From the NCBI GenBank assembly GCA_036278915.1, contig DASUKB010000004.1, positions 73,441 to 137,440 of the forward strand: 64,000 nt of DNA. The letters run 5' to 3'. Positions 1 through 8,755 of the stretch are shown here, one piece after another (the first letter of the stretch is position 1; each line of letters starts with the position of its first letter). Origin of the DNA: Patescibacteria group bacterium (GTDB taxonomy: Bacteria > Patescibacteriota > Doudnabacteria > UBA920 > O2-02-FULL-48-8). Below the pieces are notes generated by a model, which saw only the letters and a list, made by a program, of their open reading frames with translations, did no database searches and had not been told where the DNA came from. The position numbers were made by a program, and so were the translations under genes.

Positions 1-496
1 CGCGGGCAATTTTGCTGGCAAATTTTTCCTCACCGAACTCCCGAAACAGTTCTGCCAATTTTGGCTCCGCGTAGGTATTGATGATTCTCTCCGCGGTAAG
101 TTCCTGGCCTTGGTCAAACCGCATATCAAGCACAGCTTCTTGCTGAAACGATAACCCGCGGGTCGGTTCATCCAACTGCGAAGATGAGAATCCGAGATCT
201 AAGATGACGGCTGTTGCCTGCTTAAAACCCTGGTCAGCTGCGATTCGTTTGATTTCTTTAAAGTTCCCTTGAGCCAATTTCACCCTTTGGCTCAAGTCCT
301 CTTGGACAAGCCGCATAGAAAGCTTGCCCAAAGAGACCTGGTCCAAATCAATTCCCAAAATCCGCGATTTTGGTTTTAGATGTGCTAATGCCAATATATA
401 CCCGCCGTCTCCAGCCGTGCCGTCGATGTAATTGCCATCTGCACTTTCGCGCAGAAAATCCAAAACTTCTTCTAAAAGGACGGGGACATGAGCCAT
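1..496 (-). CDS. rsmH: 16S rRNA m4C1402 methyltransferase RsmH (MraW), 5' part; gene runs off the window start
   Basis: Minus strand from ATG at 496 reads MAHVPVLLEEVLDF...YIDGTAGDGGY...DLGFSSSQLD...RGLSF...LDMRFD, the RsmH motifs; lies directly downstream of mraZ. Confidence 0.95.
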   Translation of the reverse strand, partial: MAHVPVLLEEVLDFLRESADGNYIDGTAGDGGYILALAHLKPKSRILGIDLDQVSLGKLSMRLVQEDLSQRVKLAQGNFKEIKRIAADQGFKQATAVILDLGFSSSQLDEPTRGLSFQQEAVLDMRFDQGQELTAERIINTYAEPKLAELFREFGEEKFASKIAR

Positions 497-552
497 AAAT
501 TTCTAACAACCGCCGTCAGGCGGGCGGGGTCAATTAGGTTAATTAGAAATTT

Positions 553-984
553 TCAAACACCTAATTCTCCCAATGCTTCGGCAATGTTTGAACTTTCGCG
601 CTCGGTATCGGTTTTGTACTTGGTCCAGTCCGTTTCATTCCAGATTTCCAGCCGGTCGTACAATCCGGCCACCACGACTTTTTTCGTAAGGCTGGCAAAC
701 TTGCGCAAATATTCCGGCACCATCATCCGGCCTTGCTTATCGATTTCTACATCCCAAGCTCCAGCCAGCATCAGCCGCGCAAACGCGCGCGAATTGGACT
801 GCGAAATGGGAAGCTTGGAAAGTTTCCTGGCGATTTCATCCCACTGCTGCTTGGGGTAAAGAAACAAACTTTTATCCAAACCCCGGGTGAGCACAGCTCC
901 GGCTCCGAGATCGCTTCGGAATTTAGCCGGCACGGCCATGCGGCCCTTGTTGTCCATGCTGAGATTGTATTCGCCGATAAACAT
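553..984 (-). CDS. mraZ: Division/cell-wall cluster repressor MraZ
   Basis: MFIGEY...DNKGRMAVPAKFR...DKQGRMMVP...LEIW, two SpoVT/AbrB repeats; start taken at 984 rather than 1074. Confidence 0.97.
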   Translation of the reverse strand: MFIGEYNLSMDNKGRMAVPAKFRSDLGAGAVLTRGLDKSLFLYPKQQWDEIARKLSKLPISQSNSRAFARLMLAGAWDVEIDKQGRMMVPEYLRKFASLTKKVVVAGLYDRLEIWNETDWTKYKTDTERESSNIAEALGELGV

Positions 985-1040
985 AAGCTTTGTTTCTCTC
1001 AATTTCGATTTTTGATCCTGATGTGGTGTAATCCAACCAG

Positions 1041-1080
1041 TTCTCCACTTTTCCCCACTTTTATCCACAATCATCCATTT
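1041..1080 (-). promoter_or_regulatory. MraZ operator: GTGG-type direct repeats at 10-nt period
   Basis: Minus strand ATGGAT-GATT-GTGGAT-AAAA-GTGGGG-AAAA-GTGGAG upstream of mraZ, matching the known MraZ-binding repeat arrangement. Confidence 0.8.
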
Positions 1081-1232
1081 ACACTTAATCTTAACCCACT
1101 AAAACCCATCCGTCAAAGGACAAACCACTAGCTAAAATAACAAAAAAAGGCCCTTAAAAGGCCTATTTTTGAACCAAATCAACAGATTCTATTAACTTCA
1201 AGCATTACTTTCCCACATTGAAGTTTTCCACT

Positions 1233-1263
1233 AAAAAACTGCCCCAAATTTTAGGCAGTTTTT
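1233..1263 (-). terminator. Intrinsic terminator after the small acidic ORF
   Basis: AAAAACTGCC...GGCAGTTTTT hairpin with A/T tracts on both sides. Confidence 0.75.
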
Positions 1264-1288
1264 AGACCTGAAACATCAGGAGAACAGA

Positions 1289-1390
1289 CTACATTCCGGA
1301 GTCTTCGGAATCAGAACCTTCGCCTGTGCCGTCTTTCTTTTCTTCATCATCACCCATCGGCTTCATGGCGTCATCATTCTCATCTGCCAT
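1289..1390 (-). CDS. 33-aa acidic peptide, not in the ORF track
   Basis: MADENDDAMKPMGDDEEKKDGTGEGSDSEDSGM*; AAGGA 8 nt before the ATG and a terminator downstream. Confidence 0.6.
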   Translation of the reverse strand: MADENDDAMKPMGDDEEKKDGTGEGSDSEDSGM

Positions 1391-1404
1391 TGTTTTTTTC
1401 CTTT

Positions 1405-1472
1405 TCCAGCACCTTTTTTGACTAACTTAACCGCTATGTGCCTAATCTATGCAAGTCAAAAAAGGTGCTGGA
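1405..1472. repeat. Perfect 19-bp inverted repeat element
   Basis: TCCAGCACCTTTTTTGACT (1405-1423) and AGTCAAAAAAGGTGCTGGA (1454-1472) around a 30-nt loop. Confidence 0.85.
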
Positions 1473-1511
1473 TTAATTGTAAAATAATTTTAATGTATAG
1501 TTTACGCTTCG

Positions 1512-1748
1512 TCAACCCCGAGTCAAGAGGTATTTGACCAAATCCACCGCGCCCTGCCAGACATTCTTCAGAATTGGCTGCGAGGCCGGCAGCAGGACTA
1601 CCAAAAGGAGGAGATATATGAAATTATGTTTGATAACTTTGTAAATAGCGTAAACGATAAGCACAGCCAAAACCAGTGACACCAGCGCGTGCGAATTTTT
1701 GGGAAAGTAGCTCAAAAACTGGTTGTAGATGGAAATAATTTGGTCCAT
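1512..1748 (-). CDS. Small hypothetical membrane protein
   Basis: MDQIISIY... with two hydrophobic segments; starts 2 nt after the upstream gene's stop. Confidence 0.75.
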   Translation of the reverse strand: MDQIISIYNQFLSYFPKNSHALVSLVLAVLIVYAIYKVIKHNFIYLLLLVVLLPASQPILKNVWQGAVDLVKYLLTRG

Positions 1749-1750
1749 TA

Positions 1751-2323
1751 TTAGACCTTGAGCCAATTTTTACTTTTATCCACGATCACGGCCGGGCTGT
1801 TCTCCAGAATATTTTTGATAAACCGGTCGTTCATGGTCCTCCGGTATTCAAACTCGGCCGTCGTAAAAACGGAGTAGCTGATTTCCTGCTCGGCAAACCG
1901 TTCGGCGAGTTTGATAAATTGCGAAAGTTTACGCGGCGAAACCCGCCCAACAAACAAAACATCTGTCTCAACACGCGGCTTGCCCCCAAACACGCCAGTG
2001 AAAACAATAAGCTTGCATTCCCCGACTTTCTGCGCGGCGCGCGCCAAGAGATCCGCGGGGTAGGCCTTATTTTTATGAAGCAGGTTCAAAAGTTCGGGAT
2101 ACAGTGCAAAGTGCTTGTTGACCTGAAAATATTTTCGGCGATTTTTTTCTCCTACTGCCAAGAATTCCATCTTGGAAAGTTCGCGTAGAGTTTTTTTCAA
2201 AAACTGGCTTGAGATGCCGGTGGACACGCGCAGCTCGGTAGCCGAAAAGCTCCGTTGCGGATGGGCCAAGAACAAATTGATAAGTTTGCTTTTGGGTTTG
2301 GATGCGAGAAGTTGTGCTAGCAT
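1751..2323 (-). CDS. Winged-helix plus nucleotidyltransferase-like domain protein, putative regulator
   Basis: N-terminal wHTH-like segment, then GVFGG...ETDVLFVG MNT-like motif; TGGTATAAT 6 nt before the ATG at 2323. Confidence 0.75.
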   Translation of the reverse strand: MLAQLLASKPKSKLINLFLAHPQRSFSATELRVSTGISSQFLKKTLRELSKMEFLAVGEKNRRKYFQVNKHFALYPELLNLLHKNKAYPADLLARAAQKVGECKLIVFTGVFGGKPRVETDVLFVGRVSPRKLSQFIKLAERFAEQEISYSVFTTAEFEYRRTMNDRFIKNILENSPAVIVDKSKNWLKV

Positions 2324-2411
2324 GGCAATATTATACCACAAGTCGCACAAATCTCATACCTGGGTCCTTGTGCAAAATCCGTTAATTTGTGGTATAATAT
2401 CTGAGCGAATT

Positions 2412-4418
2412 ATGGCCCGATTGGAAACACAAATAAATCAAATTTACTACCTGCCTGATGATAAGCGGGTTGCTCTTATACTGACGGAAGAGACCTTCGG
2501 CAGTAACTCCCACCTCTTTTTCATCGCGGACCTGGTCCGGATCGCCAAGCGAACAGAAAAATCCGACCTGGAAAAAATTTCTGAAATTATCCTGGGTATT
2601 TTCCGCGACAACAAAAAATTATCTGGCGAGGCTCTGTTTGAGTCTTCTCTAGCTGAAATAAATCAGCGACTGGCCGACTTTGCCCACGCGGGCAAAAAAA
2701 CATGGCTCGGTAAATTTTCCGCGGCCCTGGTGCTCAAACACGGCGAAAATATCTGTCTTGCAAACACCGGGCAAATGTCAGCCATGCTTTATCGCAATGA
2801 CGCATTTTTGGAAGTTCTGCCTGCGGAAAAACTGGGTCTGCATCCGCTTAAAATTTTCTCTAACTTCACCACTGGCAAGCTTAAAGCCTCCGACGTCCTG
2901 CTTTTGACCACGTCCAATCTCTTCAATTATCTGGCTCTTTCAAATCTGGCAGGAATGCTGTCATCCGCCGCTCCGGACCAAGTCGCCCAGGACGCGGCTG
3001 GCATTTTAAAAGACACTGCCGCAGCAGACGAAGGATTTGCTTCATTCTTTATTACAATGTCCAAAGCCCAAGCTCCAGCGGGTGTCGTCGTTCCCAAAGA
3101 AGAAAAAGAAAAACCCAAACCAGCAATTGTGGCACCTGAACCCGAGCCCTTGCCTTCGAAAGAACAAGCAAGCCCTGTGATTCCTCTGGCAGAAGAAGAG
3201 ATTTATGCGCCGCTGCCTGGAAGCACTAAACCGTCTCCACGCTTCTCGCCGCCCTCTTTGCCCAAAATTTCTTTTGGCAAGCTCAAAAAATTCCACCTAC
3301 CAAAAATTTCCTTTAGATTTCCGAAGCTTTCGTTTTGGGAACATCTGTCCACCTGGGCTAAATTTTTCCTCGTCAGTTTTATAATCTTTCTATTGCTGTT
3401 TGCATCCAACATAATTGCCTATAGCATTCGCAAACACCGGCAAGATAACACTTCACAGGCCCAAGCCGCGGTAGATGCTTTGACCAAGGATCTAAGTGAC
3501 GCAGAGTCATCGCTTATCTACCGCGACCAAACCAGTGCCCTGAATTTGCTTGCCAAAACCAACAATGATCTCAATGCTCTCAAGGACCTGGATCCAGACG
3601 CTTACAACCAATACCAGCCGCAGGTCGCCGATTTGTCCAGCCGCATCAACCATATCACTGTGGTCTCAAGTCCGCAGGTGCTGGTCACCCTCAAACATCC
3701 GGCCACAAATATTGCGCGGGCAGGCGCAGGTTTCTATATTGCCGACTCGAGCACTGGCACAATCTCAACCTATAATACTTCCAGCACTGACAAGTCGGGA
3801 AAAGAACTGTTTCTCCTCAACCAAATCGGACAAATCCAAGGTCTGGTATTCATTCCGAATGTCGGCGGCGTAGTTATCACCGCCTCAGAGATGTACGTAG
3901 TCGACACGGCGCAAAGCCAGTTTGATCTCCTGCATATCTATCCTAAAACAAGCCTCGATGGCCTGCGTTTCGTCAACCCCGACCAGCTCTATACATTGGA
4001 CAAGGCCGCAGGCCAGGCTGACCAAATCCAATTTTCTAAAAGCGAGCAGATTGATCCGGTGCCGCTGCTTAAATCAAAAATTGACTTAACCGATATTGTA
4101 GATATCGGCGCGGACTCTGATATCTACCTTCTGTCTCCCACTGATCTTGCCAAATATACCAAAGGTGCTTTAAATAGTAATTTCCAGCTGCAACAGCCCA
4201 CGGATAAACTTACCTCCGCCAATAAATTATTTGTCGCTGGCAATATTTATATTTTGGAATCTGCAAAGAAGCGTTTGCTTATATACAACAAACAAGGCCA
4301 ATTGCAAACGCAAATTTTCTTCCCGAACGCCACTGATCTGCGAGATTTCTACGTTGACGAATCCTCGCGGAACATTTTCCTGCTTGACTCGGACAAAATC
4401 GAATCAATCACCTTCTAG
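2412..4418 (+). CDS. Membrane protein: PP2C-like N-terminal fold, Pro-rich linker, one TM helix, C-terminal beta-propeller
   Basis: ANTG...LYRN and DVLLLTTSNL resemble PP2C motifs without the catalytic Asp; TM segment FFLVSFIIFLLLF; NHL-like repeats; TGGTATAAT promoter before ATG 2412. Confidence 0.7.
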   Translation: MARLETQINQIYYLPDDKRVALILTEETFGSNSHLFFIADLVRIAKRTEKSDLEKISEIILGIFRDNKKLSGEALFESSLAEINQRLADFAHAGKKTWLGKFSAALVLKHGENICLANTGQMSAMLYRNDAFLEVLPAEKLGLHPLKIFSNFTTGKLKASDVLLLTTSNLFNYLALSNLAGMLSSAAPDQVAQDAAGILKDTAAADEGFASFFITMSKAQAPAGVVVPKEEKEKPKPAIVAPEPEPLPSKEQASPVIPLAEEEIYAPLPGSTKPSPRFSPPSLPKISFGKLKKFHLPKISFRFPKLSFWEHLSTWAKFFLVSFIIFLLLFASNIIAYSIRKHRQDNTSQAQAAVDALTKDLSDAESSLIYRDQTSALNLLAKTNNDLNALKDLDPDAYNQYQPQVADLSSRINHITVVSSPQVLVTLKHPATNIARAGAGFYIADSSTGTISTYNTSSTDKSGKELFLLNQIGQIQGLVFIPNVGGVVITASEMYVVDTAQSQFDLLHIYPKTSLDGLRFVNPDQLYTLDKAAGQADQIQFSKSEQIDPVPLLKSKIDLTDIVDIGADSDIYLLSPTDLAKYTKGALNSNFQLQQPTDKLTSANKLFVAGNIYILESAKKRLLIYNKQGQLQTQIFFPNATDLRDFYVDESSRNIFLLDSDKIESITF

Positions 4419-4437
4419 TTCCAACAAATTTAGCCAC

Positions 4438-4469
4438 AAAAAAACCGCCTTTTACAAAAGCGGTTTTTT
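4438..4469. terminator. Bidirectional intrinsic terminator
   Basis: AAAAAAACCGC...GCGGTTTTTT between convergent genes. Confidence 0.8.
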
Positions 4470-4505
4470 ATTTGATCTTTTTACTTTTAACTTCAAGCTT
4501 CTAGC

Positions 4506-4625
4506 TTAAACCCTCATCTGTCCCCACCACCGCAAAGCCAAAACGCTTGCGCGCGTTATGACGACCGAAGCGATTATCCCCAGCAAACCTAATTTTAAAA
4601 TATTTTGAAAAATTCGTTCGGTCAT
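4506..4625 (-). CDS. 39-aa hydrophobic peptide, last ORF of the pilin operon, not in the ORF track
   Basis: MTERIFQNILKLGLLGIIASVVITRASVLALRWWGQMRV*; its ATG overlaps the upstream TGA (ATGA). Confidence 0.5.
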   Translation of the reverse strand: MTERIFQNILKLGLLGIIASVVITRASVLALRWWGQMRV

Positions 4626-6304
4626 TTTGATTGCGTGGTTGTTTGAGCCGGCGTCGAACTGGCTCCAAAATTCACCAAATCGGGGTTAATAGTCCGAAGG
4701 AGGATGTACGCACCAAACAGCAGGATAAGTCCGACGACTGCCGAAGTGATATATTTTTTACCGCGGCTGGCTCGATCGGCATTGCCTGCCGAGGTCATAG
4801 TGATATAGCCTCCGACAATTATCATAAGCACGGCCAGAATTGCGGCCACACTCAAGGACCACGTATAAACCTTACTAACTGAAACCCGGATAGGACCAAG
4901 ATCTATAGTCCCCGCAGTCTGAGGCGGATTTGCTGGAGGATTTTTTGTTATAACCTCGCCCAGCCCAACATGGCTTGTAGCCGCGATATGGTCATAGTTG
5001 ACGCTTCCCAAAGTCACAGCCCCGGAACCGGTAACCGCCACTGCTGCATTATAAGTTCCGCAATTGCCGTCATTGCACGCAGGAGCAATAGTTAAATTGC
5101 TGTCATACACAAGTCCGGTATAGTCTAGCTCTGACAAGTCTGCGCCGCCTTCCCAATCCTGCGCTTCCAGAAAAAATGTATTCGTCGCAGGATTATAATT
5201 TAGAACAGGCGCGCCGTAACCGCCGGAGGATGTCACTGTCTGGCCAGAGTTGATGGTCATAACCGGAAATTCCGGCCCGAGTGAACCATCGCTTTGGATA
5301 TTTCGGCCCCAAATCCCTCCGTTTGAGCCATCGCGTCCGCGCTCCATCCACACGGCAACCGCAGTTTTATCCACGGGATCATAAGCTATTTGCGAATTGG
5401 AAAACGCGTTTCGCCCAACCCGGGTCTGGCTCAACTGGACGGGTGCGCCTATTAATTCACCGGTTTTGGCGTTGATGCGCTGCAACATGACCCGGTCATC
5501 CTCATTGGCTGTGTCAGAACCGCTTAAAAGCGCCACATAGGTGGCCAAGTATTCATCGTTGTTTGTATCCACGGCAACACTGCTGAAAATATCTTGAAAA
5601 TCATTGCTGCCAAAATATATAACTTTCGGGTCAACCTTGCCATTTTCGTCCACAAGGTCAATTTCCGGATGATTAAACCCGCGCAATATCAGATATTTGT
5701 CATTTACGGGATCAAACGTTACTCCGGCCAAAAGGGCCACTGAAGTGCTCACCACGAACTCATTTCCCAAAGGCTGCCCTGTGCCGGAAACAAAGCGCGC
5801 GTAAGTTGATCGGCCATTCGTGGTTGGACGTTCGTCTTCCCAAGCGACCAAAAATTTGTCAGCGGCCGAATTATAAATGGCTTTGGGCGTACCGCGAAAC
5901 ATACCGCTGGCTTGGTCAATTTGAAAAGCAGACCCGAGAGGCGCTAGCGTTTCAGGATCTGCCATAACACCCCTAATGTGGACATTTTCGGAAGATCCCG
6001 TGGCTGAATCTGAAGCCACAACCAACAGTTGATTATGTATATCCGAATATGACGCGTCCAAGCCCCAGGTGCCGGACAGAGGAAACGTTGAAGGATCGGC
6101 TGGGTTGGTGCCGGGCGCGTAGGTTTTACCTGTCTGATGGTTGTTGTACCAATCCAGACAATTCAACATCGCCGCCGTGTCCGTGGGCCACGGATCGCAA
6201 ACTGGAGCGGTTTGCGCTTGAACCAGGCTAACAGGTCCTAAAACTAGCAATAATATTGCGGCAAAATTTACAAATTTGTAAATTTTTATCCTAATGGTAT
6301 TCAT
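4622..6304 (-). CDS. Exported repeat-domain protein with a C-terminal CPR pilin (TrbC/VirB2-like) domain
   Basis: Signal peptide ending VQA-Q; about six 'Y-D/N-P...F/Y-L-V-x-W' repeats; C-terminal ..MIIVGGY.T.TSAGN..A..G...I...V.GL.LL..AY.LL.TINP.L pilin motif. Confidence 0.8.
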   Translation of the reverse strand: MNTIRIKIYKFVNFAAILLLVLGPVSLVQAQTAPVCDPWPTDTAAMLNCLDWYNNHQTGKTYAPGTNPADPSTFPLSGTWGLDASYSDIHNQLLVVASDSATGSSENVHIRGVMADPETLAPLGSAFQIDQASGMFRGTPKAIYNSAADKFLVAWEDERPTTNGRSTYARFVSGTGQPLGNEFVVSTSVALLAGVTFDPVNDKYLILRGFNHPEIDLVDENGKVDPKVIYFGSNDFQDIFSSVAVDTNNDEYLATYVALLSGSDTANEDDRVMLQRINAKTGELIGAPVQLSQTRVGRNAFSNSQIAYDPVDKTAVAVWMERGRDGSNGGIWGRNIQSDGSLGPEFPVMTINSGQTVTSSGGYGAPVLNYNPATNTFFLEAQDWEGGADLSELDYTGLVYDSNLTIAPACNDGNCGTYNAAVAVTGSGAVTLGSVNYDHIAATSHVGLGEVITKNPPANPPQTAGTIDLGPIRVSVSKVYTWSLSVAAILAVLMIIVGGYITMTSAGNADRASRGKKYITSAVVGLILLFGAYILLRTINPDLVNFGASSTPAQTTTQSK

Positions 6305-6926
6305 CTTTGCATGGGCCGATGTAGCGGTTTACTTCGGCGTTAAAGATAGCCACACAATAAACCTGGCCCGTATCGCTATCGCGTAAATTTACCCACGGAC
6401 TGCCCAGGCCATCATTGATCGCTGTGTTGGCGCTGGCAATGCTTTGGACTGCGGATATCGAAGCTTGCGCTCCATTGGCATCTGCCACTGGATTTTTATG
6501 ATCTCCAGCAGGAATTATATTATCAATCGGCGGTTCCTGCATGAAATTCGCCGGTATTTGAAATGTCGGCACAACGGCCACCGCAGGTTGATTAATTTTC
6601 GCAGGCGTTAGAAGCTGCGCGAATTCATGTATCATACTGTTTCCAATATACGCCACGCCGCTTTCGGTTGGCGCTGGAGTCAGAGCAACAATTACTGCAT
6701 CCGCAGACTCTTGATAAAATTCATTGACTGAAGACACTATTAGATTCACTTCGCCAAACCACGGCCGATCACCTATGACCTCAAGCGTAGCCACTTGGAA
6801 CTGGTGTTTGACGGACTGCTGGAACTGCGCGACGTCTGAATTTCTAGCGGGCTGCAGCACAAAAGCCGCCGCTAAAAGCAACACGGCGGATAGTGAATAA
6901 AAAAGCTGTTCAGTCCAGTGTCTCAT
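6291..6926 (-). CDS. Hypothetical membrane-anchored protein (paralog 3)
   Basis: N-terminal TM helix; VSSVNEFYQESADA motif shared with its neighbours; C-terminal Cys pair. Confidence 0.8.
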   Translation of the reverse strand: MRHWTEQLFYSLSAVLLLAAAFVLQPARNSDVAQFQQSVKHQFQVATLEVIGDRPWFGEVNLIVSSVNEFYQESADAVIVALTPAPTESGVAYIGNSMIHEFAQLLTPAKINQPAVAVVPTFQIPANFMQEPPIDNIIPAGDHKNPVADANGAQASISAVQSIASANTAINDGLGSPWVNLRDSDTGQVYCVAIFNAEVNRYIGPCKDEYH

Positions 6927-7423
6927 TTGCGTATCGACGCGCCAGCCACGCGAGATGACAATTCCGGCGAGTAGGCCGGTTTATAAAAACTTGAAAGATC
7001 CAAAACCTGAGCCAGCTGCTGGGACGCAACGTTATAAAAATTGTTAACGCCGGAAATGGCCAGCATCGGTCCTGGGACGTTTGATCCGTCAAGCAGCTGC
7101 GCCATCGCTATTGCAGACTGATTGTAAAATTCTTGTACAGATACGACAGTGAACTCAACCGGAGTAGCGGCAACCTTAAGATCTGAAACCATGGAAGTAA
7201 TGCCGGACGAAACGTCTAGCACCGAGGCTCCAGCCTGCCAATCTTTGGGCGTGGCGTTCAAAACCAGAGCCGATTCGGCAAATAAAAATACAGCCAAAAC
7301 TATGCCCAATATATATGCAGGATACTTTTTGGCTGCTTTTGGCTTGGAATTTTTTCGCGCGGATTTGTTTGTTTTTGTCCTGCGAACCTGTTTTGTCTTT
7401 TTGTTTTTGATTTTGGTTTTCAT
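6923..7423 (-). CDS. Hypothetical membrane-anchored protein (paralog 2)
   Basis: Lys-rich N-terminus, TM helix, two copies of V..FYN.....QLL/QVLD, ends RVAGASI. Confidence 0.8.
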   Translation of the reverse strand: MKTKIKNKKTKQVRRTKTNKSARKNSKPKAAKKYPAYILGIVLAVFLFAESALVLNATPKDWQAGASVLDVSSGITSMVSDLKVAATPVEFTVVSVQEFYNQSAIAMAQLLDGSNVPGPMLAISGVNNFYNVASQQLAQVLDLSSFYKPAYSPELSSRVAGASIRK

Positions 7424-7425
7424 TG

Positions 7426-7929
7426 CTACTGGCCCATTTTCAAAATGCTTGGTGCATGATAGTAGTATTCCTTTTGGAAATATTTCGGAGTTGTCGTCTG
7501 AACCTGGTTTACTACGGCTTGCGTTTCGTGTGTGCTTATGAACGCACCTAAGACCTGACCCAAATCCGCTTGCGGTGCAGTATTGGCTCGCGCATAAGAA
7601 ACCCCGACGCTGTCGGCATAGTTCCCTATCGCATCGGCAAGCCTAATGGTTGTCGTGCCGACGGAGTCCGGATAGCTGAAAATTTGAGTGAAAGCAACGT
7701 CAAAATCATCGTAGAAAGTCTGGAACGAACCATACGCTAGTCCCAACTGCGATGAAGTCTGTGCCACGTTCTGACGCAAGTCAAAAATTTCCAAAGCCTT
7801 GGAAACCTGTGTCTGGGTACGGACCGGAAGGCTCATATACATTTGTATGCCTATAAGGACAAGCCCAGCCGCCGCGACTATAATCGTGCAGACTTCAAAA
7901 CCGGTTAGTTTGTTGTAGTTTGTTTTCAA
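7426..7929 (-). CDS. Hypothetical membrane-anchored protein (paralog 1), TTG start
   Basis: TM helix, FQTFYDDFDVAFTQIF motif and GQVLGAFI. Confidence 0.75.
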   Translation of the reverse strand: MKTNYNKLTGFEVCTIIVAAAGLVLIGIQMYMSLPVRTQTQVSKALEIFDLRQNVAQTSSQLGLAYGSFQTFYDDFDVAFTQIFSYPDSVGTTTIRLADAIGNYADSVGVSYARANTAPQADLGQVLGAFISTHETQAVVNQVQTTTPKYFQKEYYYHAPSILKMGQ

Positions 7930-8048
7930 AAACGCAACAAGCCAAAAAAGCTTTTGGCTTCCTTCCTGTTATAAATTGTTGTTTGTTTCTTTTGAATTTG
8001 CAGCACTTTTGGTTTGATTTTGAACCAAAAGCAACTTTATCTGTACTT

Positions 8049-8077
8049 ATTATAGCATATATTCCTCCAACGCGCAA
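8049..8077 (-). promoter_or_regulatory. Sigma70 promoter of the paralog/pilin operon
   Basis: TTGCGC-17 nt-TATAAT with extended TG. Confidence 0.65.
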
Positions 8078-8217
8078 GACCTCCGGAAAAATTTACAAAG
8101 TCTTGCAGTCGAAGTCCCTACTTCGTATGAGTATCAAAAAAATAAAAGGTCGGAGTGGCTATAAAAAAAGCCTCTTGTATAGAGGCTTTAAAAATTTCTA
8201 AAATTTAGGATAGAAAT

Positions 8218-8586
8218 TTATTTTAACGCAACTTTCGCACCCGCTTCCTCAAGTTTTTTCTTGAGCTCATCGGCTTCGGCTTTGGATACGTTTTCTTTCA
8301 CGGCCTTCGGAGCCGCGTCCACCAAGTCCTTGGCTTCTTTCAGTCCCTTGCCCGTTGCTTCGCGCACAACTTTGATGACGTTGATCTTGTTGGCGCCCGC
8401 ATCTGTGAGCTCAACAGTAAACTCGCTTTTCTCTTCTACTGCGGCAGCACCGTTACCTGCTCCCGCCATCACAACCGGGGCGGCAGCGGAAACTCCGAAT
8501 TTTTCTTCCAAAGCTTTTACCAACTCAGAAAGTTCAAGCGCGGTCATCTTCTCCACTTCTGCGATAATGTTGTCAAAATTTGCCAT
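8218..8586 (-). CDS. rplL: 50S ribosomal protein L7/L12
   Basis: [16 protein letters not shown]...[21 protein letters not shown]. Confidence 0.99.
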   Translation of the reverse strand: MANFDNIIAEVEKMTALELSELVKALEEKFGVSAAAPVVMAGAGNGAAAVEEKSEFTVELTDAGANKINVIKVVREATGKGLKEAKDLVDAAPKAVKENVSKAEADELKKKLEEAGAKVALK

Positions 8587-8690
8587 AAAATATTTTTAAT
8601 TATTTAATTACGGATTGCGAACTGCGAATGAATTCGTAATGCGTAATTCGTAATTTATTAATTATCAAGATACAAGTTCGACCTTTGTGA

Positions 8691-8747
8691 TTGTCATCCT
8701 GAGCACAGAGAAGGATTTAGTATTCTTCGCTTCGCTCAGAATGACAA
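8691..8747. repeat. GTCATCCTGA...TCAGAATGAC palindromic element, copy 1
   Basis: Near-identical copies at 22026-22079 and 49622-49679. Confidence 0.9.
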
Positions 8748-8755
8748 AAGATTAA

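Noticed and set aside
1061-1069. DnaA box TTATCCACA (another at 19742-19750) as oriC
   Set aside because: These are isolated boxes, the first is part of the MraZ repeat array, and dnaA/dnaN are not nearby.
2172-2411. N-terminal extensions in the ORF track (2172; also 1074, 16741, 22030, 29289, 59750)
   Set aside because: They overlap opposite-strand genes, tRNAs or repeats; homology and promoter position favour the downstream ATGs.
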